From: Cyanidioschyzon merolae | Taxonomy: Eukaryota | Strand: one strand, 5' to 3' | Assembly: GCA_000091205.1 (NCBI GenBank) | Contig: AP006498.2 | Length of the DNA: 64,000 nt | Shown: piece by piece, positions 1 through 12,160 of the stretch | Numbering within the stretch: position 1 is the stretch's first letter | How the letters are laid out: the number at the start of each line of letters is the position of its first letter | Notes under the pieces: model-generated | What the model was told of the DNA's origin: nothing | Seen by the model: only the letters and a program-made list of their open reading frames with translations | Database searches by the model: none | Made by a program: the position numbers and the translations under genes

Positions 1-8
1 AAGAGCTG

Positions 9-1016
9 TTGCTCTGGGGTCTGTGTATCGGAGGTAATCGCTCTGCCGGAGGTGAAGACCTTCGAACTAGAGCGCAGCAGCAAAAGAGGTCGGGAGTATG
101 TCTCTCCTACTGTCTAGAACATGAGGAAAGGCGACTGAGCCATCATTCCCTATATATGGTGCGTCTAGAGCTGTCAGGAGTGGTGGTCGCTCGCGGACGA
201 GGTCGCTCGATTCGCAGTGCAGAGAACGCAGCAGCGGCCGCTTTCCTGAAGGCACTCGGTCTGGACTGTGCATCGTTTCGAACGCCATATGCCTCTGGGG
301 AAGCGTTATCCAGCCGAGAGATTTGGAAACAGTTCCGCGACCTCAACGTGCCGCTTTGCATCCCGGACAACTATAAGCCCGCGTCTCCTTTCGACGAGGA
401 TGCCGACTGGGCGACAATCTTGCTCTGGAATCGAGAACGCTTCGGGAGCGTCTCGCGACAAGAACAGAAAACACGCGCCAAGGCCGAAGAACGAGAGGAA
501 CGCTCTCCTGGTGATGCTGTTTTTTGGCATCAAGCTCTGGGATTCGATGATTGGGCAAACGCCCGGCAAGTGCTGCCGTCTCTGTTGGCGCTGGTGCTTC
601 CGAACGAGGGCCCCGAACCCGAGGCTGCCCGAACGGCGCTCGCTGCTGCGGAGCTGGTGGAACTCAAGTATTTGGGACACTGCGGTTTGAAGCTTTTCGC
701 AGCAAGCTCCAGTCTTCGGATCTATGGTCCGGGTGCATGGTCGACGGGAGCCCTTCACGATGACTACGTGCGAGCGATTGCGTCAACAGCGGTAACGGGG
801 CAGGCTGCGGAGCTGCTGAGACGTCTGCAGCGCGCCGGGGCCTGGCGGACGAGGCAGCGCCTCTCAGCAGCTGCGCAACGCGAACTGTTGCTAGCGTTCT
901 TAGGAATTGCACAGGTGCTGTTTGGTTACGAAAAAGGGCCGGATTTACTTCTTAGAACTCTGGATGAGGAGAAACGCGCGTCTACACCTGTCTCTTTCGA
1001 CAGACCCCATCTTTAG
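9..1016 (+). CDS. dsRNA-binding-domain protein, probably partial (ORF opens at the window edge)
   Basis: Residues around YMVRLELSGVVVARGRGRSIRSAENAAAAAFLKALG match the C-terminal half of a dsRBD (GxG-S-K/R ... AA..AL..L). The reading frame is open from position 9, so the 5' part may lie outside the window. Confidence 0.45.
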   Translation: MLWGLCIGGNRSAGGEDLRTRAQQQKRSGVCLSYCLEHEERRLSHHSLYMVRLELSGVVVARGRGRSIRSAENAAAAAFLKALGLDCASFRTPYASGEALSSREIWKQFRDLNVPLCIPDNYKPASPFDEDADWATILLWNRERFGSVSRQEQKTRAKAEEREERSPGDAVFWHQALGFDDWANARQVLPSLLALVLPNEGPEPEAARTALAAAELVELKYLGHCGLKLFAASSSLRIYGPGAWSTGALHDDYVRAIASTAVTGQAAELLRRLQRAGAWRTRQRLSAAAQRELLLAFLGIAQVLFGYEKGPDLLLRTLDEEKRASTPVSFDRPHL

Positions 1017-3496
1017 ATGAAGCTTTGGACGAGCTCACGAGTCGGTAGCTCGCATCCATGTATTCTGGCTTTCTCCGAGACTCTGAAAAGCTATGACACC
1101 CCCTTCACAATAGAAGAGGACACATCCTCCAACGCAGGCGTACAGAATACCATTTGTATCTCTTCAGATTTTCATCAAGATCAGCCTTTGTGCGCTGTTT
1201 CTGCGACTGCATTGATTTCCTCCCTCTTTTCTCCGGCTTTAAATAAGCAGCGCTTTCCTTCCCATCAAGTTCCGTTTTCAGCAGCTGGGGGATGCTGATG
1301 GACGCATGAATGTACAATAGGCACCGTTCACGGCTGGTGTCGACCCATCGGATGCACAGACCGAAGTTGCGATCCTCGCTTTGCGAACCATTTTCTTCTT
1401 CTTTGTATGTAGCCTCAATGCGCCGCTGGCAGTTGTGATACGTGGCCGCTGTTCAGTATTCTGATACGCCCACAGCATCTTCACCGCCAAGCACCACCCT
1501 GTGATGCATGAACGCCTGCGTCATCGCTCAGTACACAACCATGATGGGTATAGATGGCTGGCATCGACGCGCTCCTCCGTTCATGCGACTGCTACCACAC
1601 ACTACGATCATGGAGTTCTTCTGGGCAAACTGCTATACGTGGACGGTGCCCGCTATACGCGCCAGCGTGCGCTGTTCCACATGATGGAAGATTTCCCGAA
1701 AGATATGGTGACTATGATAAAACATGTTCCTGAAGGAATATCGAGACTCAGGGACAAATCTAGATTTTTCGATCCCACTACGCTCGCTTCGTGCAAAGCG
1801 GTGAAGCGCTTTCCATTGGTAGCGATCCCTGCGGTAAGTAAAATGCGATTCGAACACCCTTTCCCATACAGTCAGAACACAAGTGACTCGAGTCTCTGCG
1901 AGCATATCCAGTGCGAGGTATCAGGCTGTAGCTGGATACCGCTTTCGTTGATGTCCACAAAGTGAGGAAGATTTGTATTTCGAATTGAATCGATTACTTC
2001 ATGAGACAATTTCAATCGAATTTCAACATTGGCGTGTGAAGCACTCGTCAAGGGACGCAGTGGAGTTTCTTTCTCGTCAATAAAATGCTAACCATCGATG
2101 CGCCCGGTGTTCACTTTGAAACGGAAAGATCTAGGACTAGAAAGAAGCGTAGTTGAAGCATGCTGCACGTAAGGAATCGAGAAGAGTAGATGCTTGAACG
2201 TATAAACTGGATAAAGGTATCTTTTATTTTTATCAAACCTTCTTGAAGAATGTCGTGAATCAAATGCATTCCTGCGATGTATCGAATACCAGCGCGAAAA
2301 AGAATCGAAAGCGCCACTCCAGAAAGTCTCCTGAAAATCCTGAAACTCTACTCATGAGTCCGTGAAACCGTATTCGTGCAATTTAAATTTCGATGATGTG
2401 TATCAAGAAAATTTAGCACATTTTCTCAAGCCAGGCACAGAGCGAGCAGTTCGGTGTTCCATATTAGTCTGACACAGATGCAGGACACCGTTCTGCATCT
2501 GCGCTCGCAGTGCACGCATTCGTCGAATCCGAGGTCATCGATGCAACAAAAGTATCATTTCTCTGCTTTGGTGCACATGGTGATCGTTCAGGATGATGAA
2601 GATCTGTATGTCTATGCCATCGAAGCGGCAAAAGTAGCATTCTTCTGTTTTGATGCTCTCGGTGATCGTTCAGCTTCCCAGAAGTCTATACTCCGAGACC
2701 ATCGACGCGGCCAACGTCTCACTACTCTTCCACAGTGGACAGGGTTATTCATCAGCTTCCTGGAGATGCACATGGCAAGTGTACTGCAGCGGTGAACCGA
2801 TCATCCCTGTTCCTTGGTGCAAAGCGGGGTCATTAAGGTTCCGTCAGACGCATATCCAGAGGAAGCGGCGGTGGCGGGACAGTCGCCAAGCACGCTGTCG
2901 GAGCGACCAACAGAGACGCACACAGAACGACAGCTGCTTTTGCGTTCGTAAGCACCATGGATGCAAATGCATCCAAAACCGCATGCGTCGTGGACGTGGT
3001 ACCACGCATCCCGTGTACTGTGTTCGTGCCCCAGAGGATGCTGTGCAGTAGTCTACCTGGACTGCCACAAAGAGGTGCGCACCACGTTCCTGTTCACTGC
3101 AAGAGCTCAGCTGTAGAAGTGCCTATGCGCCTCAGGGCAAACGTTTTTTCCAGAGGTCGCTGGGTTTTCTGGTCTCGGTGGAATGCTCGTGCATCTTACA
3201 TAGTCTGTACGCAACACGCATTCAACTGTTCGCGAACGTTCGACGCTACACAATAGATGTACACTTCATGCGCAATGCCGTATACTCAGGTTTTTTTTTG
3301 TGCCGGCAAATCTTACCAGGGCCGCTGCAGTTCCCCTCAGAGCGTCCCGCGACACGCTCATACGTGACCTTGACCGCCGACGTCGCTGCGTGAGCGTTTT
3401 CGTGCCATTGAGAGCGTGCGTCTCTGTCTGCGGCTAGACTTGTGAACTGCGCTGCGGACAACAACAGCCCCATGACTTTATGTACAGATTGTATGC

Positions 3497-4462
3497 TCAA
3501 GGGCGTTTCATTCTTTCGGGACTTGGGCCCCTTGGTGTATCGACAGCGACGACCTCGCCCCGTTGCGTCGTCGGAAACTTTCCCGCGTCCTTCCCGTTGC
3601 TTTGCAGAGCCGCATCCGCTGCCATTTCTTCATCCATTTCTTTCAGGGCTTGTCGGGTAGTTCTCCCAATGAGCACCAGTACACCGGCAGTAGCGGCAAG
3701 GCCAACAATCAGCAGCGCAGTATTGACTCCAGTGCCGCTCGCGGCGAGCTCTTCGCCAGCATCTGACGCAGCGCGACTGGCAACCCTCTCAAGCACGGCA
3801 TTTCCAGTGCGCCCTGCGTAAACGTACGCAAGCGTGCCTGGCAGCATGCCCAACCAGCTCGCAACAATGTACGGAACGAAGCGCACGCTCGTCAGGCCGT
3901 AGAGATAGTTGCTAGCGGAGAACGGCAGCAGCGGGCTCAGACGAAGCAGAAGAACAATTTTGAAGCCCTCTTTCGCAATTGCACGGTCGATAGCGCGGAA
4001 TCGGGGAAACCTCGATGCCAGCTTCTCCTGGATCAGGTTGCGAAGAAAATACCTTGAAAGCAGAAACGAGGTTCCCGCGGCTGCAGTTGCGGCCGCCGAA
4101 GACACCAGGAGGCCTCGCCAGACGCCAAAGAGATACCCCGCCCCGATGGTCAGCAGCAGGGCTGGAAACGAAACCAGCTCTAACACAAAGTACAAACCAA
4201 AGTAGTAGAGCACTGCGGCAGGTCCCATAGATTCAAACCACTTCACAAGATCGTGGAGGTTCTCGATGGAAAGCGTGCCCAGCGAGTGCCCTAGCACGCT
4301 TACCGCACCAATAGCGCCTCCTGCAAGACCAAAGAGATAGAGCGTTCGTTTCAGCGAGCGGCGCTCGGGTTTCCTCTCCCGACTCTCCAGATCCGGCTCA
4401 GTTTTCGCCTGCAGTCTCGTTGCGGCGCAACCACTTCGCCAAGCCGAACGGACGCGCGTCAT
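3497..4462 (-). CDS. TVP38/TMEM64 (DedA / SNARE-associated Golgi protein family) membrane protein
   Basis: The core YYFGLYFVLELVSFPALLLTIGAGYLFGVWRGLLVSSAAATAAAGTSFLLSRYFLR...LLLRLSPLLPFSASNYLYGLTSVRFVPYIVASWLGMLPGTLAYVYAG is typical of DedA/TVP38. The ORF track extends to 4861, but the first in-frame ATG upstream of the conserved core is at 4462 (checked: cat at 4460-4462). Confidence 0.7.
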   Translation of the reverse strand: MTRVRSAWRSGCAATRLQAKTEPDLESRERKPERRSLKRTLYLFGLAGGAIGAVSVLGHSLGTLSIENLHDLVKWFESMGPAAVLYYFGLYFVLELVSFPALLLTIGAGYLFGVWRGLLVSSAAATAAAGTSFLLSRYFLRNLIQEKLASRFPRFRAIDRAIAKEGFKIVLLLRLSPLLPFSASNYLYGLTSVRFVPYIVASWLGMLPGTLAYVYAGRTGNAVLERVASRAASDAGEELAASGTGVNTALLIVGLAATAGVLVLIGRTTRQALKEMDEEMAADAALQSNGKDAGKFPTTQRGEVVAVDTPRGPSPERMKRP

Positions 4463-6228
4463 GCTCGCAGAGCAGCTGGGCCGGAGTAGCCTCTGTTCTG
4501 GGGGCCCCAACCAGGTTCGCTCCAGTGCTCGTGTCCCAGCACACAGCGTGCCTCGCACGGGTCGTGTGCGCGCGGAGGGAACACTCGCACAAACCGTAGA
4601 AGTACAGCTGACGCTTCGTTGGCGCGTGTTCAATACAGACTTGCCTCCGGATCCAGAAAGCACGAATGCACTGCAAGGGCGCAGCCAACTCAGGTTATGC
4701 ACTGTGCAATGCTGTAGGCACGCAACGCCGCTCAGTTGTGTGAATGCTGCAGGCTGCGCTTTCTGTGAAGCAGCGACGCACAGGACCCAAACTTTTGGCA
4801 GCGTCCAACTTTGCCTTGGCGCAGCGGTTGAAGCTTCCTGTAGAGAAAGCATACAGTCCACCAGCTTCGGGAGAGCGAGCTTGTTTCAAGCCTGCAGTCG
4901 TTTCAGACACTTTGTTCCAGCGCTGCTTGGGATGCATCTGGTGGCGGGCCCGCAACGATGCGGGCGCAGGCGATGGTGGCGGTGGAAGGGCGCAGCAGGC
5001 CGTTGCAGCGCGCGCGCCCCGGACGTCAGTCGAATCCGATCGAAATCGACAGAGGCATGGCGACTGGCGATGTCAGGCTAGGGACTGGTAGACTGCTTGA
5101 TCGTTATCAGGGGCAGGTATGCACCCATTGCTATTCTGTTCGATGCATAGATGCTAAAGCCTGAAATGTCGGACGGTTGAGTGGACAGTATCCCTGCATC
5201 TCAAGCCGCAGCCCGAATTCCATCAAGGCGAACCGTCATGCGTCCGTACAAGCTTCGTCCTTTTTTTTCTAGTCCAGATTGATGCATCCGCCAAGGCTCT
5301 CGAGGACGCGCAAACGCAGCTGATGATCAGGGAAGAGAGTTCAGTTCCTCGGCAGGCGCTTGCGTGCCCCGTACGACCAAGAACAGTTTTTAGGCAATAA
5401 CGGCCTGTCCCATCTAAAGATATTCAGAGTGCGGAGCCTATCGGGGACGCCACGATTGGACAGGGCCGCTCCGCGCGCTACCCTTGCCCGCCTCGGACCG
5501 CCACATGGAGGACACGGCGCAGGACGAGGACTCGCTCATTGCCAAGACTCCTCCGGGGAGCAGAGCAAGGCCTACTACTGGAGCCCAGCGACGTGCTGGT
5601 GCGAGTTCGCGATCAGTTCGACACGCGCGCCTCGAGGGCCTCTCTGCGTCGTCGCCGAAGAGCTGACAGAAAGCGTTCCAGGTGCGCGAGCCTCACTTGG
5701 GCATATACCAGTGAGTGGGTGCGGGCACCACTAGTCCGGTGAACTCGGCCGGTCAGCCAAATCCTCCACCCGGAAGGTTCGCACCGTCACTGCAGCGAGC
5801 GCAGTCCAAGCTTCTAGGCGCGGTAGGCGTGCAGGATGCGCGTCCAATTCGGCAAGATGCGCTGCCGGCATGCCCGCCCATGTGTCGGACCCATTCCGTG
5901 CAAGCGAGGCACGTCGAGCGATTTGGGGCGCGTGCATAGGCCCGCGCACGATGAATGATCTGGTTGCATGCGTACACAAACAGGACTTTTCTGACCATGA
6001 TATCCCTATTCGGACATGACGCATCGCGCACTTCCGCAACACCTCGTTGCTGGGCGCAGCCGGCCGCGGCACCTCGCGAGCACGCCGGCCTCGGCAGCGC
6101 GAGCGCATTAGCGAGATCTCCGACGACGGACGTGGGTCGAGATTCGATTTCGGAGGCCGCACGACGCAAAAAGGTCATTCGAGTTTGTGTCTGCGGACTC
6201 TGAACGTTCCTCGTAAAGCACTTCTGAT

Positions 6229-7464
6229 ATGATCGGCTTCGTTGGTTCTGTTAGCTCTCTCGGCGCTCGTGTTTCATCCTTCACAGCAAGCTGTAGTGCA
6301 AGCAACAGCTGCTCGGTCGTAGCTGCTCCCCGACGGGCGTTCGACCTCCGCGCGGCTGAGGAGAAGCCACAAACCAGCAGTTCGAGTGCAGCGGGATCGT
6401 CTTCTGCTTCGAGTAGTGGCGCGGGATCATCGGAGCGTGCGGCGCCATCAGCAGTGTCGTCACCCCCTGCGGCGGCGACGTCCACGCAAAGCGGGGCAGC
6501 GAAGATGCCCACGATGACTGCACTGAAGACGGCAGCAAATAGGAAGTTGGGTGAGGTTACACAGGCTCGCTTGCGCAAGGTCGGAGACTCCGTCACCCCA
6601 AGTTATCGCCAGATCGATAGCTTCCGTGTTCCAGCGTATCCGATACCCGGGAAAGATGACGAAGTGTCTCGCCGCACGGAGCGTATGTACATGATCCTGC
6701 GCCAGATCTTTGGATACGGTCACCTCTTCGAGCGAGACGGTGAGGAAATGGATAAGCTCCAGAGTTGCTATATCAATGGTGAGCTGAGCACGAAGGATTT
6801 CGTGAGAGCCGTCGCCAAGTCGGAAACATACAAGGAAAAGTTTTGGAACAACCGGCCGCCGTTCGGACGCTACGGCGCGGTGGAGCTCGCCTACAAGCAT
6901 CTGCTTGGCCGCCGCACCTTCGACGCGAAGGAGAACGCAGCTGCGCAAGCGGTGTACCACGCACACGGCTACGACGCAATGATCGATTATATTATCGACA
7001 ACGAGTATGATCGGGCGTTTCCGTTCCGCAACGACGGCAGCGACAACGTGCCGCACTGGCGTGAACCAGCTTGGTTCATGGGACGCCGCCCCGAACCCCA
7101 GGCACTACGTGGCGGTCTCGAGCGCGCGATGAGCGGTGCCCGTGGTGCGATGCTCTACCAGTACCGCGTCCGCCTCGGCTCCCAGAATATGGGCGTTGTG
7201 GCTGGAGGCTGTCCGCCGCCCGTGAACCTCAAGAACAAGACCGACGAGCCGGTGTTCCGTGTGGTCACGGCCGGGTATCGCGAGCCGGCAGTGAACAGCG
7301 GCGGGCTGGGCTACTCCGTGGGCAGGTCCTACACGCGCCAGAACAAGTACAGCACCGTGGCGCGCTCACAGCGCACGTATCTAGTGCCACTGAGCGAGCT
7401 GAACAACACCATCACTCGCATTCACCGCTCGGGAGGCTACATCCGCACAGTGGAGCGAGCGTAA
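6229..7464 (+). CDS. phycobilisome rod linker polypeptide (CpcC-type: PBS-linker domain plus C-terminal CpcD domain) with an N-terminal Ser/Ala-rich presequence
   Basis: FVRAVAKSETYKEKFW ... ELAYKHLLGRRTFD ... GYDAMIDYIIDNEYDRAFP ... DNVPHW aligns closely with cyanobacterial CpcC (FVRSVAKSELYKKKFF / ELNYKHLLGRAPYD / GYDAEIDSYIDSWEY). The C-terminal PVFRVVTAG ... RTYLVPLSELNNTITRIHRSGGYIRTV matches the CpcD domain (RVYRLEVTG ... TVFIVPYERLSDKIQQVHKQGGKIVSV). ATG confirmed at 6229. The N-terminus MIGFVGSVSSLGARVSSFTASCSASNS... resembles a red-algal plastid transit peptide with Phe at position 4. Confidence 0.9.
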   Translation: MIGFVGSVSSLGARVSSFTASCSASNSCSVVAAPRRAFDLRAAEEKPQTSSSSAAGSSSASSSGAGSSERAAPSAVSSPPAAATSTQSGAAKMPTMTALKTAANRKLGEVTQARLRKVGDSVTPSYRQIDSFRVPAYPIPGKDDEVSRRTERMYMILRQIFGYGHLFERDGEEMDKLQSCYINGELSTKDFVRAVAKSETYKEKFWNNRPPFGRYGAVELAYKHLLGRRTFDAKENAAAQAVYHAHGYDAMIDYIIDNEYDRAFPFRNDGSDNVPHWREPAWFMGRRPEPQALRGGLERAMSGARGAMLYQYRVRLGSQNMGVVAGGCPPPVNLKNKTDEPVFRVVTAGYREPAVNSGGLGYSVGRSYTRQNKYSTVARSQRTYLVPLSELNNTITRIHRSGGYIRTVERA

Positions 7465-8516
7465 TAACGGAGCGTTTCACGAGGGACGCTCACAGGAGGA
7501 TGCTTGCGCTGCGTTCACGGGACCAGAACCCGCGGGGGACGTTTAACTCATGCTGTTTCTTGGTACGCTCACTGAATGGCAGGGAAATGTGAAAAGCAGC
7601 TGGATCTCATCCTTCCAGCATGGAAATAGTATTAAGAGGACTTTTGGGAACGATATATCAATAGTTGCCATGCCATTCGTTTCGTGTTATCGCATGAAAA
7701 CGTTTGACTTCAAAGGATCGACAAAGTCAGGATTCGTAAATAGACGGTAATTAGAACATCACAGTGCTCGTGTCTCCAGCGAACGCTGTAGACCGCTGTC
7801 AGCGAGTGCGGCATTCGCGCATGCGCCAGCGCATCAGCGAAGAAACGGCGCGAGACACCTCCCAGCGAGCCCGCCATGAACTCGATCGTCAGTGATCGTG
7901 CATGAAACCAGCGAGGCGTGTTTCCTCTTCACCGGCTTTGCTCGTCAGGTTAACGTCGCACGACGGAAGACGCTTCGCCCCAGCATCCACGCTGAGGCTC
8001 CCGGAAAAAAGAAACCACCGAGCTAGAGAGGGCGCGCTCCACCCAGCCTGTGATACGCAGTTTACGAACCACACGCGGTTAGGCACGCGACGTAGGGTTT
8101 CCCAGTGCGTCGCTCTTCTTTTTCCTCTGTGCATGCGCTTTACCATAGAGATCCCGAATGCGCGTCCGGTTGTGGGCAAATTGTTTCCAGTGGCAGCTGT
8201 TGATCGCTGGTGGAACCCCGTTCGACTGGAATGGATGGACGCGCATTCCGCGTCATCCAGGAGGCGCGCTTCATCACATATCTATGACAGTGGATTAACT
8301 GACGCCGGCCAAGGCGAGCGCCAGTGTGAACGCTTGTCTCGACGATGTAGTGTGCTGCCGGCCAGTCTGCGAAGCGACGTCGGCCTTTGCTGGCAAACGC
8401 GCAGCTGTTCCCTCAAGCAGAGATCTCGAGCGATGGATGCAGCGGAAGCACACTCAAGTCGCTGGCAACGCCAACGCTTCAATAACGTTCGCAGTACTGC
8501 TTCTAGCCAGTGCACA

Positions 8517-9500
8517 TCATCGAGGAGAGTCTTCGATTGGATCACGCGAATCGGTGCATTCGGTTGGGCCCCAGGGCATAGGTCGATTTTGCAAACGCTC
8601 CTGTCTCCTTTGCAAGCGCTCAATCACGAGCATAAGTTCCGTATCGGGCTCGAGCGAGCCTATGGATACCGTGGCGACGCAGCCGGCAACTGGACAAGGT
8701 GCTGCATGCCTGTCCGTGAGACGTTCACGGGCTCGCAAACGGTTGTGGGCTCTGATGAGCTGCTCTATGCTCTGCTTTTCGTATGAGTGCTGGCAATCGC
8801 GGTTCCGGAAGGGTTGCTGCATGACTACGCCAGAAACGGGGCAGCGTATTCGAGAAGCATCTGGTTCCCAGTCAGCGGCTACATACGTCGGGGCGGTTGA
8901 ATCACCGACAATAGGGTCTGGGCTCGCTTGCTGCGTAGCGGCGAGTGACGGATCACTCAGGCTATCCGCCGAAGCTGACTGCATCGTGCCGCCTTCAACC
9001 AGGCGACGGACCTTGTCACGGTTCCGCTCCGTTATTGTCTCTCCCGAGCTAGCGCTTCTTGCCGACCTTCCCGTCTCTTCAAAACGCCGCCACGTGTCCG
9101 TGAAAGACTCTGTCGTCTGCCCTTCAGTCCCTGTTGGTGTTGGTTCCTGGCAGGAGAGAAGCGCCTCGCGAACTTTCCGTGCAGTTCGGAGGATATTTGC
9201 AGCCTCTCTCTCTCCGGTAACGCACTGCGAAGCAGCCAACGAGAGACTCTCCAGCGTACCAGCTTGCGAGGCCGCACTGGGGCCCTGACAGACTGCCTCC
9301 GGGTTCGCAGGCGCTCCTCCGAGAAGGCACCGAGATGCGCTCACCAAATGCTCCGAGAGGAGCACGCTTCGCGTCTTCCACGCAGTGGTGAAACGCTCAA
9401 TATCGGCCAGTGAGGCCTCAAAGTCAGGACTTTCAACCGTTGTGCCTTCCGCAATGGATTTGGCAAGTTCTAGTATTGAAGCCTCGCCGCTACGCTCCAT
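8517..9500 (-). CDS. NSE2: NSE2/MMS21-type SP-RING SUMO E3 ligase (SMC5/6 complex subunit)
   Basis: The C-terminal CPVSGVVMQQPFRNRDCQHSYEKQSIEQLI...APCPVAGC...L.PD..L matches the Nse2 SP-RING (CP.T..P....C.H.[FY][ED]K..I......CP..GC). ATG confirmed at 9500. The plus-strand ORFs 7902..8786 and 8326..9288 overlap it antisense and have no recognisable domains. Confidence 0.7.
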   Translation of the reverse strand: MERSGEASILELAKSIAEGTTVESPDFEASLADIERFTTAWKTRSVLLSEHLVSASRCLLGGAPANPEAVCQGPSAASQAGTLESLSLAASQCVTGEREAANILRTARKVREALLSCQEPTPTGTEGQTTESFTDTWRRFEETGRSARSASSGETITERNRDKVRRLVEGGTMQSASADSLSDPSLAATQQASPDPIVGDSTAPTYVAADWEPDASRIRCPVSGVVMQQPFRNRDCQHSYEKQSIEQLIRAHNRLRARERLTDRHAAPCPVAGCVATVSIGSLEPDTELMLVIERLQRRQERLQNRPMPWGPTECTDSRDPIEDSPR

Positions 9501-11505
9501 GTCTGGTTCTTCTTACAAGAGGTGAGCGTATCGAAGAAGACCTCCGCCTATCTACCTGCCTGTCTGCCAAACAAATATTGACGGAACCCAACCGCTTTCC
9601 AAACCAGGCGTGCCACAAGTCTAACAGTACTCTTCGGGCAAGTTTCCAGGTTTTGGCGCCACATCCTACGCGCTTCCGCAGGGTGCGTTTCATTCAATGC
9701 CGGTACACGGCTGCAGGCTTTCGTCGTACAGGCGGAGCTGCGTTCCCTTACTCCTCCACTTTGGAAACAACCTCTGCGTTATCAGAGAGAAAGGCTTGAA
9801 CTGCTGTGTCCTTGACGTTCATCGCGATGTTCGTTTATTTGCAGAGTTTCAGTTCTGCTCGCATGAGGCCAGTTGCAATATGCAAGGCACAATAGTGTCG
9901 GACTTGTACACTTTGTCGTTAATTATGCAGCACTGCAGGCAGGAACTCTCGCGAGAATAGTTAATGGGAGGGGGGTTGGAACTGTGAAGTGCCTCAACAC
10001 GGCATGTGCCGGTGACTCGGTTTGTCATGTTCTTCAGCAACCAGGTAGGCAGCCTCTGGGAGTCATTTTGTGCCGCTGCAAAAGAACCACCTTGCACCAG
10101 GGAAAACGTTCTTGTTTCCGTGAAACAAAAATAGGCGAATCTTAGGACAAAAGTAAAGATCGGTCTCTGTGATATAAAATCAGCCTCCGAGTTACCTGCG
10201 AGGAATGTGGAACTCGTGGAAAACAGCGGTCCTTTATGAGTGAAAGCCGTTGCATTCCACATGCAACGCTTTTCCGGTAGCGAATTCGGGTCCAGGTACC
10301 TCAATGTACATCATCGACTTGTAATTAATCAGACAGCGCTGTGGCGGCCACGTAGGATGGTAGATGCGTGCGCTCCTGTCCAGGCACGAAACTGTCAGCG
10401 CTCGCCTCTGTCTCCACGCCAGCTCACGGATGGTGCGATACCATGCTACGACTTGCATGAGATTCATGCACTGAAGAAGAGAAGCATGAGACAAGTCAAT
10501 TCGTAGTGGCATGCAGGCACAGACTCGTTCTATCACAAGCCAATGTTCCCTGTGCTGAAGCGTTCTTCAGGAGAATCAAAGTATGCCACCGCGCTACCCT
10601 GAGCGTTTTGGCTCCGTGCCTGTTCTGCCGCCTTCACCAAGCCGGGGCTCGAATCATTTCGATATCCTTCGGATGCTTGCTAGTGCGTTACGGGCATTTC
10701 CAGAGCACCGATGCGAAGCTGACTTCTGCTCCAGTGCCTCGGCATTGAAGTCTGTGCTCGCATGCGTTGACGAAGAATACACGGCGCGTTCGAAACTGAC
10801 GCGCCGTTTCCGGCCAATATCCCAGACGGACAGAGCTCTTCGCGGAGTCATTACTCTGGTGAACGCCACGCAACGCAGCTATCATGCGCCCGAAGACGGG
10901 ATTCGACCGTACCCAAGAGCGCCCCTGCCCAAGTGCGGCACACATCTCGTAAATGGATCCCATGTGATGGCCTCTTGTAGCGAAACTGCTACCGGATACG
11001 TTATCCGAGGCGAAACCTCGGCAAATGCCAAGATACACCGGCGTTTGCGACCAGTTCAACTGTCCCGGAGTGTGACTGCAAATCTTCGTAGAATATAGAG
11101 ATTCCCATCGCAACATATCTTTGTCTGGGCGGAAACGTTTGCAAAGTAGTTCTCCACGGAGCGACTCTTGGTGGGCGTTTCCCGCCACGGAGCGCAAACT
11201 GGCCCCTTGGGTGCGGCTTCCTGATGGCACTGTAGCTGCGCGACATGTGTGTGCGAACGAGTCGTTCCTGGGTACTATGATGTACGGAAACATGACAGTA
11301 ATGATTGCTTTCCCTGCATGGGGCCTCTTCGTGTTGTCGGCTCGCTTTCTGTGGCCCAGGGCTCTGCTAATTTGATGTCTGACGAAAATGGAAATCGTCC
11401 AATAAACTAACTCGGACGTACATGCGAAATTTTTGGATCTTTCCGCAGTCATCAACACCAGCCTTGGCGGATTCTCTGTGACTGCTTCCATTAGATTTCT
11501 CGTAG

Positions 11506-11965
11506 CTACGACTTTAAATACGCCGGTCGATCACCTCCCTCAAGATCTGTCGTCAGAGCTCGACGGATATTGATGCCAGCATTAAAGTCCCGATTTCGCC
11601 GTCTCAGGCTGGTGCCAACGCATGCCATGCCCAGGCAAAAGTTGCGATCTTCGCTTTGTCTGCCATCTCCATTTTCTCTCCAGAGCAGCATCGATACGCC
11701 CTTCGCAGCAGCGACTCTTGGTAATGGTCACGCTTTTCCTGTTTGTCCAATACGCTTCCTCCTCTGAGCGCCGCCCTGTGGCGCGTGAACGCTTGCCCCA
11801 ACGCTCACAGCACATGCACGTGCTGGGTACAGAACCATCCCGCAAGTGCCGTCCTCCATCCACGCGCCCGGTACCGTACCCTGTGATCGACAGCTTATTC
11901 CGGGTAAGTCTGCGGCAGGTGCTCTGCCCGCTGAACACGAAAGCGCACGCCACTCTATTCGACAA
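11506..11965 (-). pseudogene. TnpB/Fanzor-like C-terminal remnant (zinc ribbon plus RuvC-III), frameshifted
   Basis: SVPSTCMCCERWG resembles the TnpB motif pSSkTCsnCG. In a second frame, RNFCLGMACVGTSLRRRNRDFNAGINIRRAL resembles RtFtCpnCG...DRDvNAAiNI. The upstream ITGYGTG sits at the RuvC-II position without the Glu. Confidence 0.5.
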
Positions 11966-12160
11966 AGGATTTGTGGATCGCGATGTTGTTCACGATGAAA
12001 CAAGTTCCGGACGGGAAACCCGCAGCAGCCAGAAGACTGAGGAGCTTCGAACAATCCACGCTACACTGGTGCAACGCGGTGACGCACTCTGCGCTGGGGG
12101 CGAGCGCTGACGTCAGTGCGAGTCCAAGACACTTCTCCGTGCAAGCAGAAGCGCTGGAGC

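Noticed and set aside
5360-6203. Several overlapping 60-160 aa ORFs on both strands upstream of the linker gene
   Set aside because: Very GC-rich, mutually overlapping in different frames and with no domain signal. This is more likely promoter or 5'-UTR sequence.
7902-9288. Plus-strand ORFs 7902..8786 (294 aa) and 8326..9288 (320 aa)
   Set aside because: They overlap the NSE2/MMS21 gene antisense in GC-rich sequence and have no recognisable motifs, so they are treated as spurious antisense ORFs.
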